A DNA stretch of 64,000 nt. Source: Leucoraja erinacea (Eukaryota). Below the pieces are notes generated by a model that worked only from the letters and a program-made list of their open reading frames with translations, was not told the DNA's origin and searched no databases. The stretch lies in NCBI RefSeq assembly GCF_028641065.1, contig NC_073409.1, positions 1,178,001 to 1,242,000 on the forward strand, in the 5' to 3' direction. The position numbers and the translations under genes are program-made. Shown here piece after piece: positions 39,071 through 52,901 of this stretch. How positions within the stretch are numbered: position 1 is the first letter of the stretch; the number at the start of each line of letters is the position of its first letter.

Positions 39071-41929
39071 TTTTGTTTTCTTGTCCTCCGAATGAAAACC
39101 TAGCGTACCAGCTCCGTTGACAAAGTCCAATGGTGAATTGGGCAGTACTCTAGCTGATGGAAGAACCATTCAGAAACATAACAGATCAGTACAGGTGATT
39201 AGTACAGGATGAGTTATAGGGAGAAGGCAGGACAATGGGTTTGGGAGGGAGAGATAGATCAGCCATGGTTGAATGGCGGAGTAAACTTAATGGACCAAAT
39301 GGCCTAATTCTTCTCCTATCACTGTTGACCTTATGAATAGACTTCCTATTTTCACACATGCAAATTAATTGCACTAAACGGGTCAGGTTGTGGCCTCTTC
39401 AGAAAACATAACATCTTTCTATACGAGTACATAACATTACACTTGTAAACGCTTTCCAATGCAACTTTAAGATGACTGGTTGGAATTCCACTGATGAAGA
39501 GTTTGAACCAGACTGGAGGATGATGAATAATTAAATACCCTCACAGAACAGATTCATTTTCCTGTTTGTAGATCCCCCTTACATATTTTGCTGCCTCCAC
39601 TGATTCTGCAAACATGCCCATCTCAGGAGTACAACGGGAATGTTTAACATTGCTTCCCTGATGTTAAAATCGTGCAACGTTTATGTTTTAACTGGGAGGA
39701 TTGGAAGGGAGAAAGAGAGTGAAACATGAACAGGTCCCCTGTTATACCCCATGAGGAAGTTATTTTTTAGTAACCACAAACGTAAAAAAATGACCCCTGA
39801 CTAAGTGATCAGTCAGGTTATCTGCACATTGCGATCCCTGGGAGGAAGCAAGAAGGAGCAAGGTGTAAGGGTAGGGAGAAATAATGAAAAGTAGAATGGA
39901 GCTAATGGGACTGTTCCTCTAGGGGCCAGCATGGACTTGATGGGCTGAATGGCCTTCCCCTGCGTCCATACCAGATGCCAGGTTTGCCAAAGAGATGACC
40001 AGCTCCCCAAAGATGTCAATCTAGTCATTTATAAATAACATATCTGCATTCAAGAAGAACTCTTGCTGTATTTATGTCACCTCCTGTTCCATGTGAAGTT
40101 TTTATTGATATGTCCAACTTGTTTTGCACCTATAAGCTTAAAATCTAAACGTGGCCTGTAGCTTTTGGCACTGTGCCAGATATTCCTATTAGGTTGAGGA
40201 AAGCATTCTGATACAGCACACTGTGTAACTTAAACAAGTCTTGACAATATTTCAGAATGTATTTTCTCATCCTGGACATGAATCATTAGACATTCAAGAC
40301 AAACTCTGTATCTAAACTGTCACCACTAATGTGTCCTTGCCACGACTCCCTTCAATATGAAAGTATCAAACTAATGCTGTGTGCCGGGATCAGAATTAGA
40401 TTTTATATCTAAACATTTTAAACGTTTTACAGTATTAGCCTGAAGCACACAGGCACTCCAAGTACTTGCTCTTCCAAAGAACAGCAGCTGTTAAAACATG
40501 TTAGCACACTTCTACCGATTCCAAATAGTAGTAGTGAGTGCAATTATACACGTGTTAAGTGCACGTCTAGTGGTTCCATACAGGACCTTCAAAACCAAAT
40601 TACATTCTGGCACAGTTCACAAATCATTTCTAATTTTACACATCTTAAAATACAATGCCACTTGCCATTTGTCAGCAATGGGAATGTTTGCCGGCACAAA
40701 TATGGAGATGGAACAAGAATCTAATAATCACCAATGAGATTCAGTTGATGGATTGAAAAACACAGCATGGGAACAGGCCCTTCAGCCCACTGAGTCTATG
40801 CTGACCATCGATCACCTGCACACTGGGGGAAAGTTATACAAGCCAATTAACCTACAAATCCACATGTCTTTGGGGTGTGAAGGAAGAAGGAAGCAAGATT
40901 GTAGAAACATTCTTTGGGTCCTGAAGAGCCTCGACCCAAAACGTCACCTATCCAGGTTGTCCAGAGACACAAAGTGTTGAAATAACTCAGCGGGTCAGGC
41001 AGCATCTCTGGAGAATGAGGATGGGTGATGCTTCAGGTCGGGATCCTTCCTGTCCGAGCAGCTGGGTTACTCTAGAACTTAGCGTCCGGACAGAGAAGGG
41101 AACTCACCTCCAGTTTCCTGTAGGCAACAAGGGTCGGGTAATACAAGGTGGAACCAACACCAATTCCCCGTCAAAGCCAAACGTCAAAGTCACATGTATT
41201 CGACTGTTCCCAGACACAGTCCTGAGAACACATCAATGATTTTAATCTGCTGGGCAGGGTCAGCCATGTCTACATGGAAGCTTATGTTCAGGAAACCCTT
41301 GTCTCAGAGACTGTAATTCATTAGGACCACAACACAGTGGAAAATTCAAAGCAGAAATGCAGAACAAGTTAACCATTCACACCTGCAGACTGACAACACA
41401 CACACACACACCTCCAGCAGCTTCACTTGGACCCACACACAAAGGTGTCAGAGATTCGCTGCTTTTGCCCAAAACATTCCAGATTTCATCATCTGCTCCA
41501 ACTATCCCCTCAGGCTACTGGGAAGCAAAGAACTTCCCACTACTTAGCACCACGCTCTCTGTGATCACAGCAGCACTTTATCCCTCTCATCACTATCAAA
41601 GCCAAGTATTCATCACCTTGAGGCACTGATGTAGCTAACCTCAACACACTAAAGTTAAAGCTTCGTAAACAATATAGCAAAATGCAATCAAAACATCTCA
41701 AATATTCTAAACTGCCCATGGAGTCCCCATATTCCATTTATAGTTGGAGATACAAGGAACTGCAGGTGCTGCAATCTACCTCAAACTCAAAGTGCTGGAG
41801 GAACTTAGCAAGTCAGGCAGCATCTGTGGAGGGAATGGACAGGCAACGTTTCAGGTTGGGTCAGGTGAAGTCGGGTTCCGATCCACAGATGCTGCCTGAT
41901 CCGCTGAGTTACTCCAGCACTTTGTGTTT

Positions 41930-42155
41930 CGGTGCAGCAGTAGAGTTGCTGCCTTACAGCACCAGAGACCCAGTCTGTATTGAGTTTGTACGTTCTCCCC
42001 GTGACCACGTGGGTTTTCTCCGGGTGCTCTGGCTTCCTCCCACATTCCAAAGACGTGCAGGTTTGTAGGTGAATTGTCCCTCGTGTGTAGGATAGTATAT
42101 CGGCATGGACTCTGGGGCCGAAGGACCTGTTTCCACACTGTATCTCTAAACTAAA
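41930..42155 (+). mobile_element. HE1-type V-SINE
   Basis: Consensus match. Confidence 0.8.
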
Positions 42156-44724
42156 TGACACTGAAGACTGCAATGACCAGGTTCAGGAATAGCTACTTCC
42201 CCACAGCCATCAGGCTATTAAACCTGGCTCGGACAAAACTCTGAACATTAATAACCCATTATCTGTTATTTGCACTTCATCAGTTTATTTATTAATGTGT
42301 TTTGTTGTCAATGCCGACTATGTTCTGTTGTGCTGAAGCAAAGCAAGAATTTCATTGTCCTATCAGGGACACATGACAATATACTCACTTGAACTTGAAC
42401 TAAACTATTGTGCATACGAACACAACCTTGCTGTTGAACGCCCGACTTGTCCAAATGTTGTGTCAGTATTAAAAAGAGAGGACATTTTCCAGCCCCAGAG
42501 GTGAATCAGAGAGACTGTGGTGGAGTTAGCCAACATCCTCACGGACCAAACTCATTGGAGACACCAAGGCTGGACTTCACCAGTAAAGTCATACTCCCAA
42601 GAAGGGTCTTGCCAAAGGGCGGGAAAATAATTTATACAACCGATCGGTTCTCGAGAGAACTGCAGGCAACATTTGAAGTCGTGCATCCAATTACACATAC
42701 GTACTTATAGCAAGAAAAACATTATTAGTATGCCTGGATAATGTTCATTTAATGACATACTGGATAGATAAATGCCAGCCAAAGGCATGGCAAGATCAAT
42801 GGCCAAATAATGGAATGATGCAGTATTTACTTGTACATAGAGCCTGGCAAACCCGATGAGACTTTGGCTTATTGCATTAGTCTCAGAGATGCAGTGTGGA
42901 AACTCGTGCTTTGGACAACAGAGTCCATGCAATTACCCATATATCAGTTCTATTCTACACACCAAGGGCACTTCACACAAGCCGATTAACATACACATTT
43001 GTATGGCTTTAGAAATGTGGGAGGAAACCGAGGTGACAAGGAGACTCCACACCGACAGCAGCCGAGATCAGGGTTGAACTCAGGTCTCTGGCGCTATGAG
43101 GCAGCGACTCTACCGTTGCTCTGATGTGCTAGTGATTGTCCAATGTTGGCATCACAGGCACTCCCCCTGCAGGACAATATTGTAGCAGTCGGCTAAAGAT
43201 GGTGGCGAACAGATCCATCCCTACGCTACTGGACAGGCACGACTTGACAGGAAACCAAGCTGCAAGATTAGACCACTGTAACCCATGAAGTGTCCACCTG
43301 CCCCAATGCTAGCCTACACTAATCCCTCAAACACTTACCTCAGTTAGATCCACATGTAGGGTCCACCTTCAACATGTAGGGTCCACCTTCAACATGCAAT
43401 GTCCACCAGAATATTGGAAGGTTTTCCCTTATGAAATTGAAAGGCCTAGATGAAGTGGATGTGGAGAGGATGTTTCCACTAGTGGGAGAGTCCAGGCCCA
43501 GAGTGCCCAGCCTCAGAGCAAAAGGACGTACCTTATGGAAGAATCTCTTTAGTCAGAGGGTGATGAATCTGTGGAATTCATTGCTACAGAAGGCTGTGGT
43601 GGTACACTCTTTGCTTTTAAATTTCATTTTTTCTGCACTTTTTCAGGTTAATTGGTTTCCTAATGCATTAGTGAACATTTATCTCCAATGATGGTCAGAA
43701 AGGTACCGGTTATTACAAAGCAAATCCAACTGCAAAACTAAAAATGTAAACTAACTGATTAAGCACTGCCAAACAGGGTAAAAGATTAAGTTCTGTAGAC
43801 ATGCACTTCCTACCAGCTAATTTCTAAGAGCAGAAAGATCACCACACATTACAGTCTTGCCAAGACAGATAGGAAAATGCACTGTGCCCAATTCAAATAT
43901 CAGGTTTACTATAATATTTAATCAGGAACCATAAACAAACCACAATTCACAATGTGGTGACCTTTCACAAGCCTAATGCAACCTCACCCAGCTATTTTGG
44001 CTACTACCGAATCTGAAACATCACTTTAAGACCGCAAAAGCAACAGGTGACATTAACCTGAAATTTACCGGTCCTCAGGGAAATTGCAAAATAAATTAAG
44101 GATTAACTTGGGACATAATCTTGGCTTGGTTTTCCTTTTCAATTTCCATGGTTATGAAGTTCCTTTATGTCTCAAACCTTAAATTTTGGATATGTAAAGT
44201 AAAACACCATGATTGTACAATAGAATTAGCCCAAAACATCTCAATAGAATGTGCCACTCATGCAGGAGACATATGGGATGGACTTAATAAGCACTGAAAA
44301 GTTAAATACCAAAATCCTTGGGTTGAATTTCCCTTTAACATTGAGCTTTATATTTGGATGGTGGTTGCTTGCAATATCGCTATTCATTGAAAAGGCTGGA
44401 TGGTCTCTGAAGATGTACCTCATTTCAATTGATGCGGTCAACACATTCTTCTGTTCAACAATCAGTTCCATGAGGTGCAACCCAGAATTAAACACTCTTG
44501 GAGAACTTAACACTAGTGGTTCCATTCACAATGCTATGGTTTACAGTCTGAACATTTTAACTCTGTAGGGATACGTATGGATAAATGCACCGCTATTCTT
44601 GCTGTTACAGTGATTTGAATTTCAGTAACTTACATTCTGCCATATCTCTTCCATCAGCATCAATTGCATCAAAACAACTCACATTCCACTGCCAAAACTG
44701 CAATTGCTAATCACTTGGCTGGTT

Positions 44725-44928
44725 TATGTCATAGGTGTGATCATAGGTGGATGTCCTAATGGGTCGGCGGTTGTCAGTAGCTTGCCGTTGCTTGATGTGG
44801 ACTAGGTGGTAGGTTGTCATACACATTGTTGTAGGGAAGGCCAGTCGCCAGGTTTTTGGTGACCTGCTACAACTATGACAGTTGCCAGCAGTCACTGAAA
44901 AAAAAATCGCCTTAGTGGGACAGGCCAT
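44725..44928. mobile_element. Truncated member of the same MITE family (right TIR only)
   Basis: ...cagtcactgaaaaaaaaatcgccttagtgggacaggcc. Confidence 0.6.
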
Positions 44929-45254
44929 TGACCAGTAATGCATCTTCCATGGAACTTTCTACTTGTAATCCTTGATCCTTACTCTAACACACTTCCCAGC
45001 ACAGGATCCAGAAACCCACTCAATCTGCAGAAGGTTCCTTTACTAAACCCAATAAAGTGTTTTGAACTTCTAGCCTTTTATTTTAAGCTTTCCAATTTAC
45101 GTAAAGTTGTTGAATGCCCTTATGGTTTTGACAGCTGGCAGAGCTGGGCAGGGCTGTGCCAGCTGTTAAAGGCTTCAGGATATTTCTGGGGCAGGGGTCC
45201 CTTGATGCACTGTTGGAGGTCCAGTGACACTCGGGTCATGGTGCTCAGTGATTT

Positions 45255-45660
45255 AGAAACCAACCTCCCTTCCATTGACTCCATCTGCACCTCACGCTGC
45301 CTCAGCAAGGCCAGCAGTGTAATCAAGGACGCATCGCACCCTGGTCACTCCCTCTTCTCCCATCGGGCTAAAGGTATAGAAGTGTGAAAACGCACACCTC
45401 CCGATTCAGGGACAGTTTCTTTCCAGCTGTTATCAGGCAACAGGACTATCCTACCTCAACTAGAGAGCAGTCCTGAACTGCTATCTACCTCATTGGTCAT
45501 CCTCGGACAATGTTTGATAGGACTTTACCTTGCACAAAACATTATTCCCTTACTATGTATCTAGATACTAATGGCTCAATTATACTGCTTTATCATTTTG
45601 CTGACTGGTTAGCACACAAGATTTTCACTATACTCCAGTACACTGGACAATAAACCAAAA
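45255..45660 (+). mobile_element. Rex1/Babar-type LINE 3' fragment
   Basis: TNLPSIDSICTSRCLSKASSVIKDASHPGHSLFS. Confidence 0.8.
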
Positions 45661-47767
45661 ATGAAAGTGAAAACTGGCAGGGCTTCCCCCTGCAACAACA
45701 CCAAGTATATTGGGGGCACGAGAAGAATGTACAGGCCCGTTTAGGATTATCTATAGGATTAGAAAAATTGTAAAATAGATGCTTGCTCTGTTCACATTGG
45801 TCTGAAATCCCTTAGCGAGGAAGCCGTGAGATTTTGACTCCCTGATTTACAGAAAGCTCCTGTGTACAATCTCACAGACCATCTGTAGTCAAGTGTAAAT
45901 GCAATGAAAGCAGACGGGGTGAAAAATCTGCTTAATGGTTTTGACTGTTCCAATGCAAATCCCAAAGGGTGGTGGAGTCATTTAAACCCAGCAATGCAAG
46001 GAAAAATGTCCATACCCAAAAAAAACTTGCAAAGTTTAAGAGACAGATGCTCATAATCTGTGTCTTGTGCACACAGACACCGATAATAAAATGATATATT
46101 GATTTAAAAATAACTTTAGTGAAAGTCCTTATGAACGTTATCTTTTTTCCCCCCCTGAGGAAAGATACTTTCTAATATTACTTTGACTAATTGCTAGGCA
46201 AAAGATTCTTTCTACCCAATTTATTCCATCTCAAACTCTGTATTCTTCTATCAAATTCCCCCCCAACCTCCTACATACCAGAGAAAACAATCCTCATCGA
46301 TTCCACCTCTCCTCGAAACTAAACCCCTCTAATCATGACCTCGGGTGCTGTCATAGTGGAGTTTGTACGTTCTCCCTGTGGCGTTTCCTCCGGGTGCTCC
46401 GGTTTTCTCCCACACTCCAAAGATGTGCGTGTTTGTAAGTTAATCTTCCCTCGTGTGTAGGGAGTGGATGAGAAAGTGAGAGGACGTACTTCGAACGAGT
46501 GCGAATGGATGATCAACATGGGTACTGTGGGCTAATGGGCCCATTACCATGCTACACATTGTAGCAGTCCCTGAAATGAACAGTCAACCTCCTTACTCTG
46601 TACTAAAAATAATTTAGGCTTACTTCAGCCAAAGTAGACTTGGAATGTGTATTACAATCAGCAAACCAAAAAATAAAAAATAAAATGAATCACGGTGCAC
46701 TGTGTCTCCAAGCACTTCAATCCTTCGATGTAAACTGCAGCTCGAAGATATCAAAGTAAGAAGAGGAAAAATTTAAAAAAAAGTTAGCAGTTTTAAGTTA
46801 CAACTATTGGTACATGCAGATATTTAATATTGCATGTTCCAAATGTTGAATAGAGACTGCAACACAAGTATCTACTGTTACTTTGCTCTTCCACGGTTAC
46901 CTGTGTCGGGTAACGAAGGAATCAAAGCACAGCGGCTTTCACAGGCAGGACATTATAAACATGGTGGCCACACGGCAATGTTAATGTTACAACAGATCGA
47001 ATATAAAATCCCCCGTTTCTATTATATCTGCTTCGAGCATGAACATTATTAACGTCAAACAGTTGGAAGGAAATTTAAAACAATATTACAACAAAAAATT
47101 AAACTCAGTGCCACTTCAATAAATAGCTAATCATTAATATTACCAAAAGAACAGCTTAAGTTTACAGGTTTAAATGATGCATATGAAGTCCAACACACAT
47201 TAACTTTAATGAGTTCCTGCTGTTTCTTGGAATTTACAAGCAACAAGCCAACAAGCCAATAGTGTTTCACATCAACAAACTTTTTTCTCGAAGAAAGTCA
47301 AGATAAACCATATATATCAAATGTTACAGATCTAGTGAGGGCTACCGAGCTACCATGTGATTGAAGACATCCTTCACATTTTTACGTTTGCACTTAAAAT
47401 AGTCGTTGTAATTTAAGCGGCAGTCTCAGTGAAAAAATGTGCTTAAAAAATAAACAACTAAAAATTTATTTCCTCAAGACGTTCTTGTTGAAACAAGATG
47501 TGATCAGGGAAATCCAAAATGGGAACAGCAACAGAGATAGCAATGGGAAAAAGCTGAATGCACATAAATATTATCGTTCCCCAGATGCTGCAGAAATCAC
47601 ATCATATGTGTGTTAAATTAGATGCATCATAACTTTCCTAATAGCATTAATATTTCCCATACAGAGCACTTACAGATGTTGATCATAATTTCACCATACA
47701 ATCATTACTACCATTGGTAAGAATTTTTAAAGATTGTTTCTTTCTGTATCTTCCACAATCTCGATAT

Positions 47768-48100
47768 AGTTTAGTTTATTGTCACGTGTACTGAGGTACA
47801 GTGAAAAGCTTTTGTTGCATGCTAACCAGTCAGCGGAAAGACTATACATGATTACAATAGAGCCATTTACAGTTTATGGATACATAAGGGAATAATGTTT
47901 AGTGCAAGGTAAAGGCAGGAAAGTCTGATCAAAGATAGTCGAGGGTCACTGAAGGGGTAGACAGTAGCTCAGCACTGCTGTCTGGTTGTGGTAGGATGAT
48001 TCAGTTGCCTGATAACAGCTGGGAAGAAACTGACCCTGAATCTCGAGGTGTGCGTTTTCACACTTCTGAATCTCTTGCCTGATGGGAGAGGGGAGAAGGG
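47768..48100 (-). mobile_element. Rex1/Babar-type LINE 3' fragment
   Basis: Reverse complement of the same family as 9725-10183. Confidence 0.8.
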
Positions 48101-48724
48101 AGAGCATGCAACTCATCATTGAATATAGAGGGTTGAGTGAAGGTGGAACAGGAGCCGGGTTGGGCAGTTGGTGATCCATTGCCAAGGAGGAGGTCACCTT
48201 GAAGCCAGCTCTATAGGTCAGGAATATAGTAACACTGAATGTTATTCTTCTCAATAAATTTATGTTCATTAGTCATCAGCAGAATTAGGCCATTTGGCCC
48301 ATCAAGTCTACTCCACCATTCAATCATGGCTGATCTATCTTTCCCTCTCAACCCATTTCTCAAGCCTTCTCCCCGTAGCCTTTGACACCCGCACTAGTGA
48401 ACAGCCTAGACATCTCCACTTTAACAATATCTAATGACATGGCCTCCACAGCCATGTGTGGCAATGAATTCTACAGATTCACCACCCTCTGGCTAAAGAA
48501 ACTCATCATCTTCTTTCTAAAGGTACATCTATTGCATGCGAGTTTAACTTGATTGTATCTATGTAGAGTATTATTTGATCTGATTGGAAGGCATGCAAGA
48601 CAAAGCTGTTCAGTGTACCTGAGCACACGTGACAATGATAAGCCGAAACTTACTTCCATTGGCTGAAACTTCCTTTCTTGACCTCAGTCCACCATCAAAG
48701 TGGTTTACTCGAGTCACTGACTCA

Positions 48725-49130
48725 AAAAGACAGCCGGCATCATCATCAGAGACCCACACCACCCTGACCACACACTCACTCCACTCCCACCATCGGGAAG
48801 AAGGTCCAGGAGCCTGAAACCTGTAATGTCCAGTTTCGGGAACGGCTTCTTTCCTACAGCTATCAGGCGATTAAACACAACAACCTCCAAATAAGCTCTG
48901 AACTCCATACAATATTATTGCACAATTATAGATGGTTTATGTGTATATTTGTGTATGCATACATAGATATCTAATTATATATGCATACATGTGAGTATCC
49001 ACACACTGAACTGTTTTTTCTTGTTTATTATATTGTTTAAAGTGTACTAGGTTTACATATTCTATTGTGCTGCTGCAAATAAAAATGTCATTGTTCTCTC
49101 TGTGGGACATATGGCGATAAAACACTCTTG
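48725..49130 (+). mobile_element. Rex1/Babar-type LINE 3' fragment (different subfamily)
   Basis: IIRDPHHPDHTLTPLPPSGRRSRSLKPVMSSFGNGFFPTAIRRLN. Confidence 0.75.
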
Positions 49131-50074
49131 ACTCGTGTCCCGAAGCTTTGCATACATTCCAGAATATATTGCATCATTTTTGGCCCTTGCAAGAACATAC
49201 GTCTGGACCCCTGCATATTCTACAAGTGCAGTGCTGCATTATATGTACGTAATAAAACAGCATGTAGTCACTTTTATATCATGCGGCTGTCACCTCCCAC
49301 TATTCAAAGCGCAGGTGCTGAGGAGGGTGCAGAGCATCAGATCAAAGTAACATATGAAGCCTTAAAATTATGACAGGCACGGAACTGATCAAAACGAGAT
49401 GTGATGCTGCAAAAACATTTTTAAATGATTAATTACCTTGCAGCAGATTTATAGCCGAGTTTACATGTTAAACTTCTCGAGCAAACTAATATTGTTTTAG
49501 GATTAGGGGGCGTAACAAAATTGGAAACAGATTAATAGGAGTGAAGGAAATAACGGTGGCAAAGTGGTCCAAATCTCCAAAGCAGGCCGTGTACATCTGC
49601 AGATATTAAAGGTTCAAATTAAAGAAAAATTAAAAGCAAAGCTAAAAATTAAAGGAAGATTAGAGGCAAGCTATTTGCAAAGTTGACTAGATTTGGCAAC
49701 TTGTTCCAGCATTCTGCTTTGAAAGTGAAAGAGGGGCAGAGAAATCAGGGAATTATAAACCAATTAGTCCAACATCTGCCATCAGGAAATGACCAGACTA
49801 TGTAATTAAGGACAGGGTAACTGGACACCTTGAGAAAGTGTTCACCTGATCACAAAAAGCCAGCGTGGATTTGTAAAGGTTAGGCCTGGCCTAATACACC
49901 TGATTAACATACAAAAAAAAAAAAATCAGTGACTAAACCAATAGCTGAGCATATGTCTGGATGTTATTTATAAAGACCCCCTAAAGGCATTTCATAAAGT
50001 CTGACATAGATGTAAAAGAACTAAAAGCTGTGGCTGGTGAAACTGAAGGCAAGTTCTCAGAGTTGGACCAGACT

Positions 50075-50090
50075 GAGGGCCACCTAGTGG
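50075..50090 (-). promoter_or_regulatory. Candidate CTCF-binding site
   Basis: Minus strand CCACTAGGTGGCCCTC matches the CTCF core CCASYAGRKGGC exactly. Confidence 0.45.
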
Positions 50091-50284
50091 TTTCATAGAG
50101 AACCACAGCAGGCGCTCACCATCACAAGTCCATGCATCCGACCTCTCGCTGCACCCCTGGATTGTCCACCCAGTCTTGGGGCACTCCATGGTGGACAGAG
50201 GTGACAGATGCAGTTCATATCTTCCCTCTCTGTGGTACCCCAGGCAAACCTAGCCCCTCCACAGAGCTACATTACATTCAGAAG

Positions 50285-50730
50285 GATAAACACAAAACAC
50301 TGGAGTAACTCGAAGATAGACACAAAAAAGCCAAGTAGCTCACAGTCAGGCAGCTCAGTGGGTCAGGTGACGTTTCTGCTGGAGTAACATGGTGGAGAAC
50401 AGGATGGTGACGTTTCACAGAGTGCTGGAGTAACTCAGCGGGTCAGGCAGCATCTGTGGAGAACATGGATAGGTGACGTTTGAGTGCGTCTCAGGGGTCA
50501 GGCAGCATCTTCAGACATGATAGACGTTTCAACCTGCAACGCCAGGCCTATCTGTGTCCTTTCCAGAGATGGTAACTCAGCCACCAGCAGAACATGGAAG
50601 GTGACTCTCGGCACTTCTTGATCCCAACCTGCAACGTTCCTATCTGTGTCTTCAAATTTAACCAGGGTCACTGACCTTCCAGCAGCTCTGCAGCTCCTGG
50701 TCTTCAAATTTAAAGGGGTCACTGACCTTC
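50285..50730 (-). repeat. Scrambled array of the same 66-bp unit
   Basis: One intact unit (~50410-50480) among shuffled fragments. Confidence 0.6.
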
Positions 50731-51240
50731 TTGAACAGATAAAACTAATTTTCATTTATGATATTTTTAAGCATAGTTCTATTAATGAATATTGTTTTGA
50801 AATTATATGCACTCCCCCCCCCAAATTGGTTCCAATGATGACCATTGACATTGGGAACTAGTGTGAGCTGTCAGATAGAGGGGACCAAGACAGGGATTTT
50901 GTTTCCCACTGCCTAGGTGATCTGCTTCACATCTCAGAATGTGCAGCTGCAGAATGTTACTGTAACACGATGGGGGTAAGAACCAGGGGAGAACAGTAAT
51001 GTGTTGTGTCAGTACCTTGCTCCAGCAAAACAAAATGTGTCTGTTTTCAAAAGGCTGCAAGTGGCAGGAGAAAGAATATAATGATAATGCTAAACCCTCC
51101 TAAAGAAGGGGAATGGGCCCAGTAGTGACATGGAAGAGGCTCTGCTGATCCTCCACCATTCACTTGCTTTATAAATGACATCTAACCAGAACACCTCATA
51201 CCCAAATTTGCCAATGACAGAGGTGGACAACATTTCTTAT

Positions 51241-51597
51241 GGGTGGCAGTGATAGAGTTGTTGCCTTACAGTGTCAGAGACCCAGGTTTGAGGGCTGTCT
51301 GTACAGAGTTTGTACATTCTCCCTGTGACCTGCATGGGTTATTCCCAGGTGCTCCAGTTTATCCCATGTTCCAAAGACATGCAGGTCAATTAGCTTCTGT
51401 AAATTGTGCCATGAGTGTAGGATGGAACTGATATACAGGCGATCGAGGGTTAGCACAGACTCAGTGGGCTGAAGGGCCCGTTTCCACACGATCTTCAAAC
51501 TAAACATGGGTAGATGATGTAAATTATCCCGAGTCTCTGGTCAGCACAGACTCAGTGGGTCGAAGGGCCTGTTTCCATGATATATCTGCAAACCAAA
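51241..51597 (+). mobile_element. HE1-type V-SINE with duplicated 3' end
   Basis: agcacagactcagtggg..gaagggcc.gtttcca occurs twice (~51452 and ~51543). Confidence 0.7.
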
Positions 51598-51689
51598 CGC
51601 TGCACGCAGTACAAAACGACAATCACAAGAGGTTAGTAAGTGAATGATTGAATCTCAGACCACTGGATTATACTGTACAAACACAAGCT

Positions 51690-52260
51690 GGGTTTCAGTT
51701 GTACATAGCCCAGCATGAAGCTGGAGTACAGTGAACAATCCTGACCATCACACCTCAAGGGTTGAGGACCTTTAACGGGTTGCAGCATAGATGATACCAG
51801 GTTAATTCATGGGATGTTGGGACTGACATATGATGGAAGAATGGGTCGACTGGGCTTGTATTCACTGGAATTTAGAAGGATGAGAGGGGATCGTAGAGAA
51901 ACATATACAATCCTTAAGGGATTGGGCAGGGTAGATGCAGGAAGAATGTTTTTGATGTTGGGGGGCCATGGGTCACAGTTTAAGAATAAGGGGTCGGCCA
52001 TTTAGGACTGAGATGAGGGATCTTTTTTTCACCCAGAGAGTTGTGAATCTGTGGAATTATCTGCCACAGACGGCAGTGGAGGCCAATTCATTGAATGTTT
52101 TCAAGAGAGAGTTAGATATTGCTCTTAATGCTAAAGGAGTCAAGGGATATGGGGAGAAAGCAGGAACGGGGTACTGATTTTGGATGAACAGCCATGATCA
52201 CATTGCTGGCTCGAAGAGCCAAATGTGCTACTCCTGCACCCATTTTCTGTGTTTCTATGC
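51690..52260 (+). mobile_element. CR1-clade LINE 3' fragment
   Basis: GLTYDGRMGRLGLYSLEFRRMRGD...GHSLRIRGRPFRTEMR..FFTQRVVNLWN. Confidence 0.9.
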
Positions 52261-52302
52261 CAGATATTGAATCACAAAGAAACTATCCAAACCATGCTGG
52301 AG

Positions 52303-52445
52303 GAACTCAGTGAGTGAGGCAGCATCTATGGAGCGAAGGAATACACAACGTTTCAGGTCGAGACCCTTCTTCACCTCACCCGCTGAGTTCCTCCAGCATT
52401 TCTGTCTCCCTTCGATTTTTCCAGCATCTGCAGTTCTTTCTTAAA
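52303..52445. mobile_element. Fold-back Penelope-derived element with a 15-bp flanking direct repeat
   Basis: caaaccatgctggag at 52288-52302 and 52446-52460 flanks a minus arm followed by a plus arm. Confidence 0.75.
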
Positions 52446-52901
52446 CAAACCATGCTGGAGTCACTCAAATTCAAAAGGTGAAGAGAAGTCTTGAACAAGG
52501 GTTTTCATTACATGAAGGAAGTAGGTAGAACAGCTGGAGAGAAAACCTTTGTCGTTGGGTAGGAAAGGGTTAAAGACTAGCTCGACAGAAAGGAAAATGG
52601 GAAATATTTCTGCTGGTAAACTTTGAAACTCTATTCCACCAATGACAAATCGATGAAAGGTAAATTGTTTATTTAAACACTGAGATGGATTGGTCTTCCA
52701 GCAAATTCATGAAGGAAATGAAGGAGCAGCAGTTAATCAGAATTAGGTCAAAAGATTAGTCAGGAGCAGAGTGAATGGCAGGACAGACACAAGGGGCTAG
52801 GTCCTTCAAAGGCACCTGACTGACACCAGCGGTTGTGTATGGTAGAGTAAACCCTTCAACTCAACACCCTTCAGAAAAATAGACACACAGCACTGCAGCT
52901 G

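Noticed and set aside
43352-43407. 20-bp tandem duplication (also a 43-bp duplication at 6766-6851)
   Set aside because: Ordinary local slippage duplications with no further structure.
44241-44562. ORF MEPLVLSSPRV... with plausible splice sites (44562-44419) as an extra ADAMTSL3 exon
   Set aside because: In frame with the preceding exon it stops at codon 2. From its own ATG it ends in phase 2, incompatible with the phase-0 next exon. The donor is weak and I recognise no homology.
46901-46968. Perfect Kozak GCCACCATG and a CAG|gtaacc donor on the minus strand
   Set aside because: The ORF stops after 7 codons and nothing else supports an exon.
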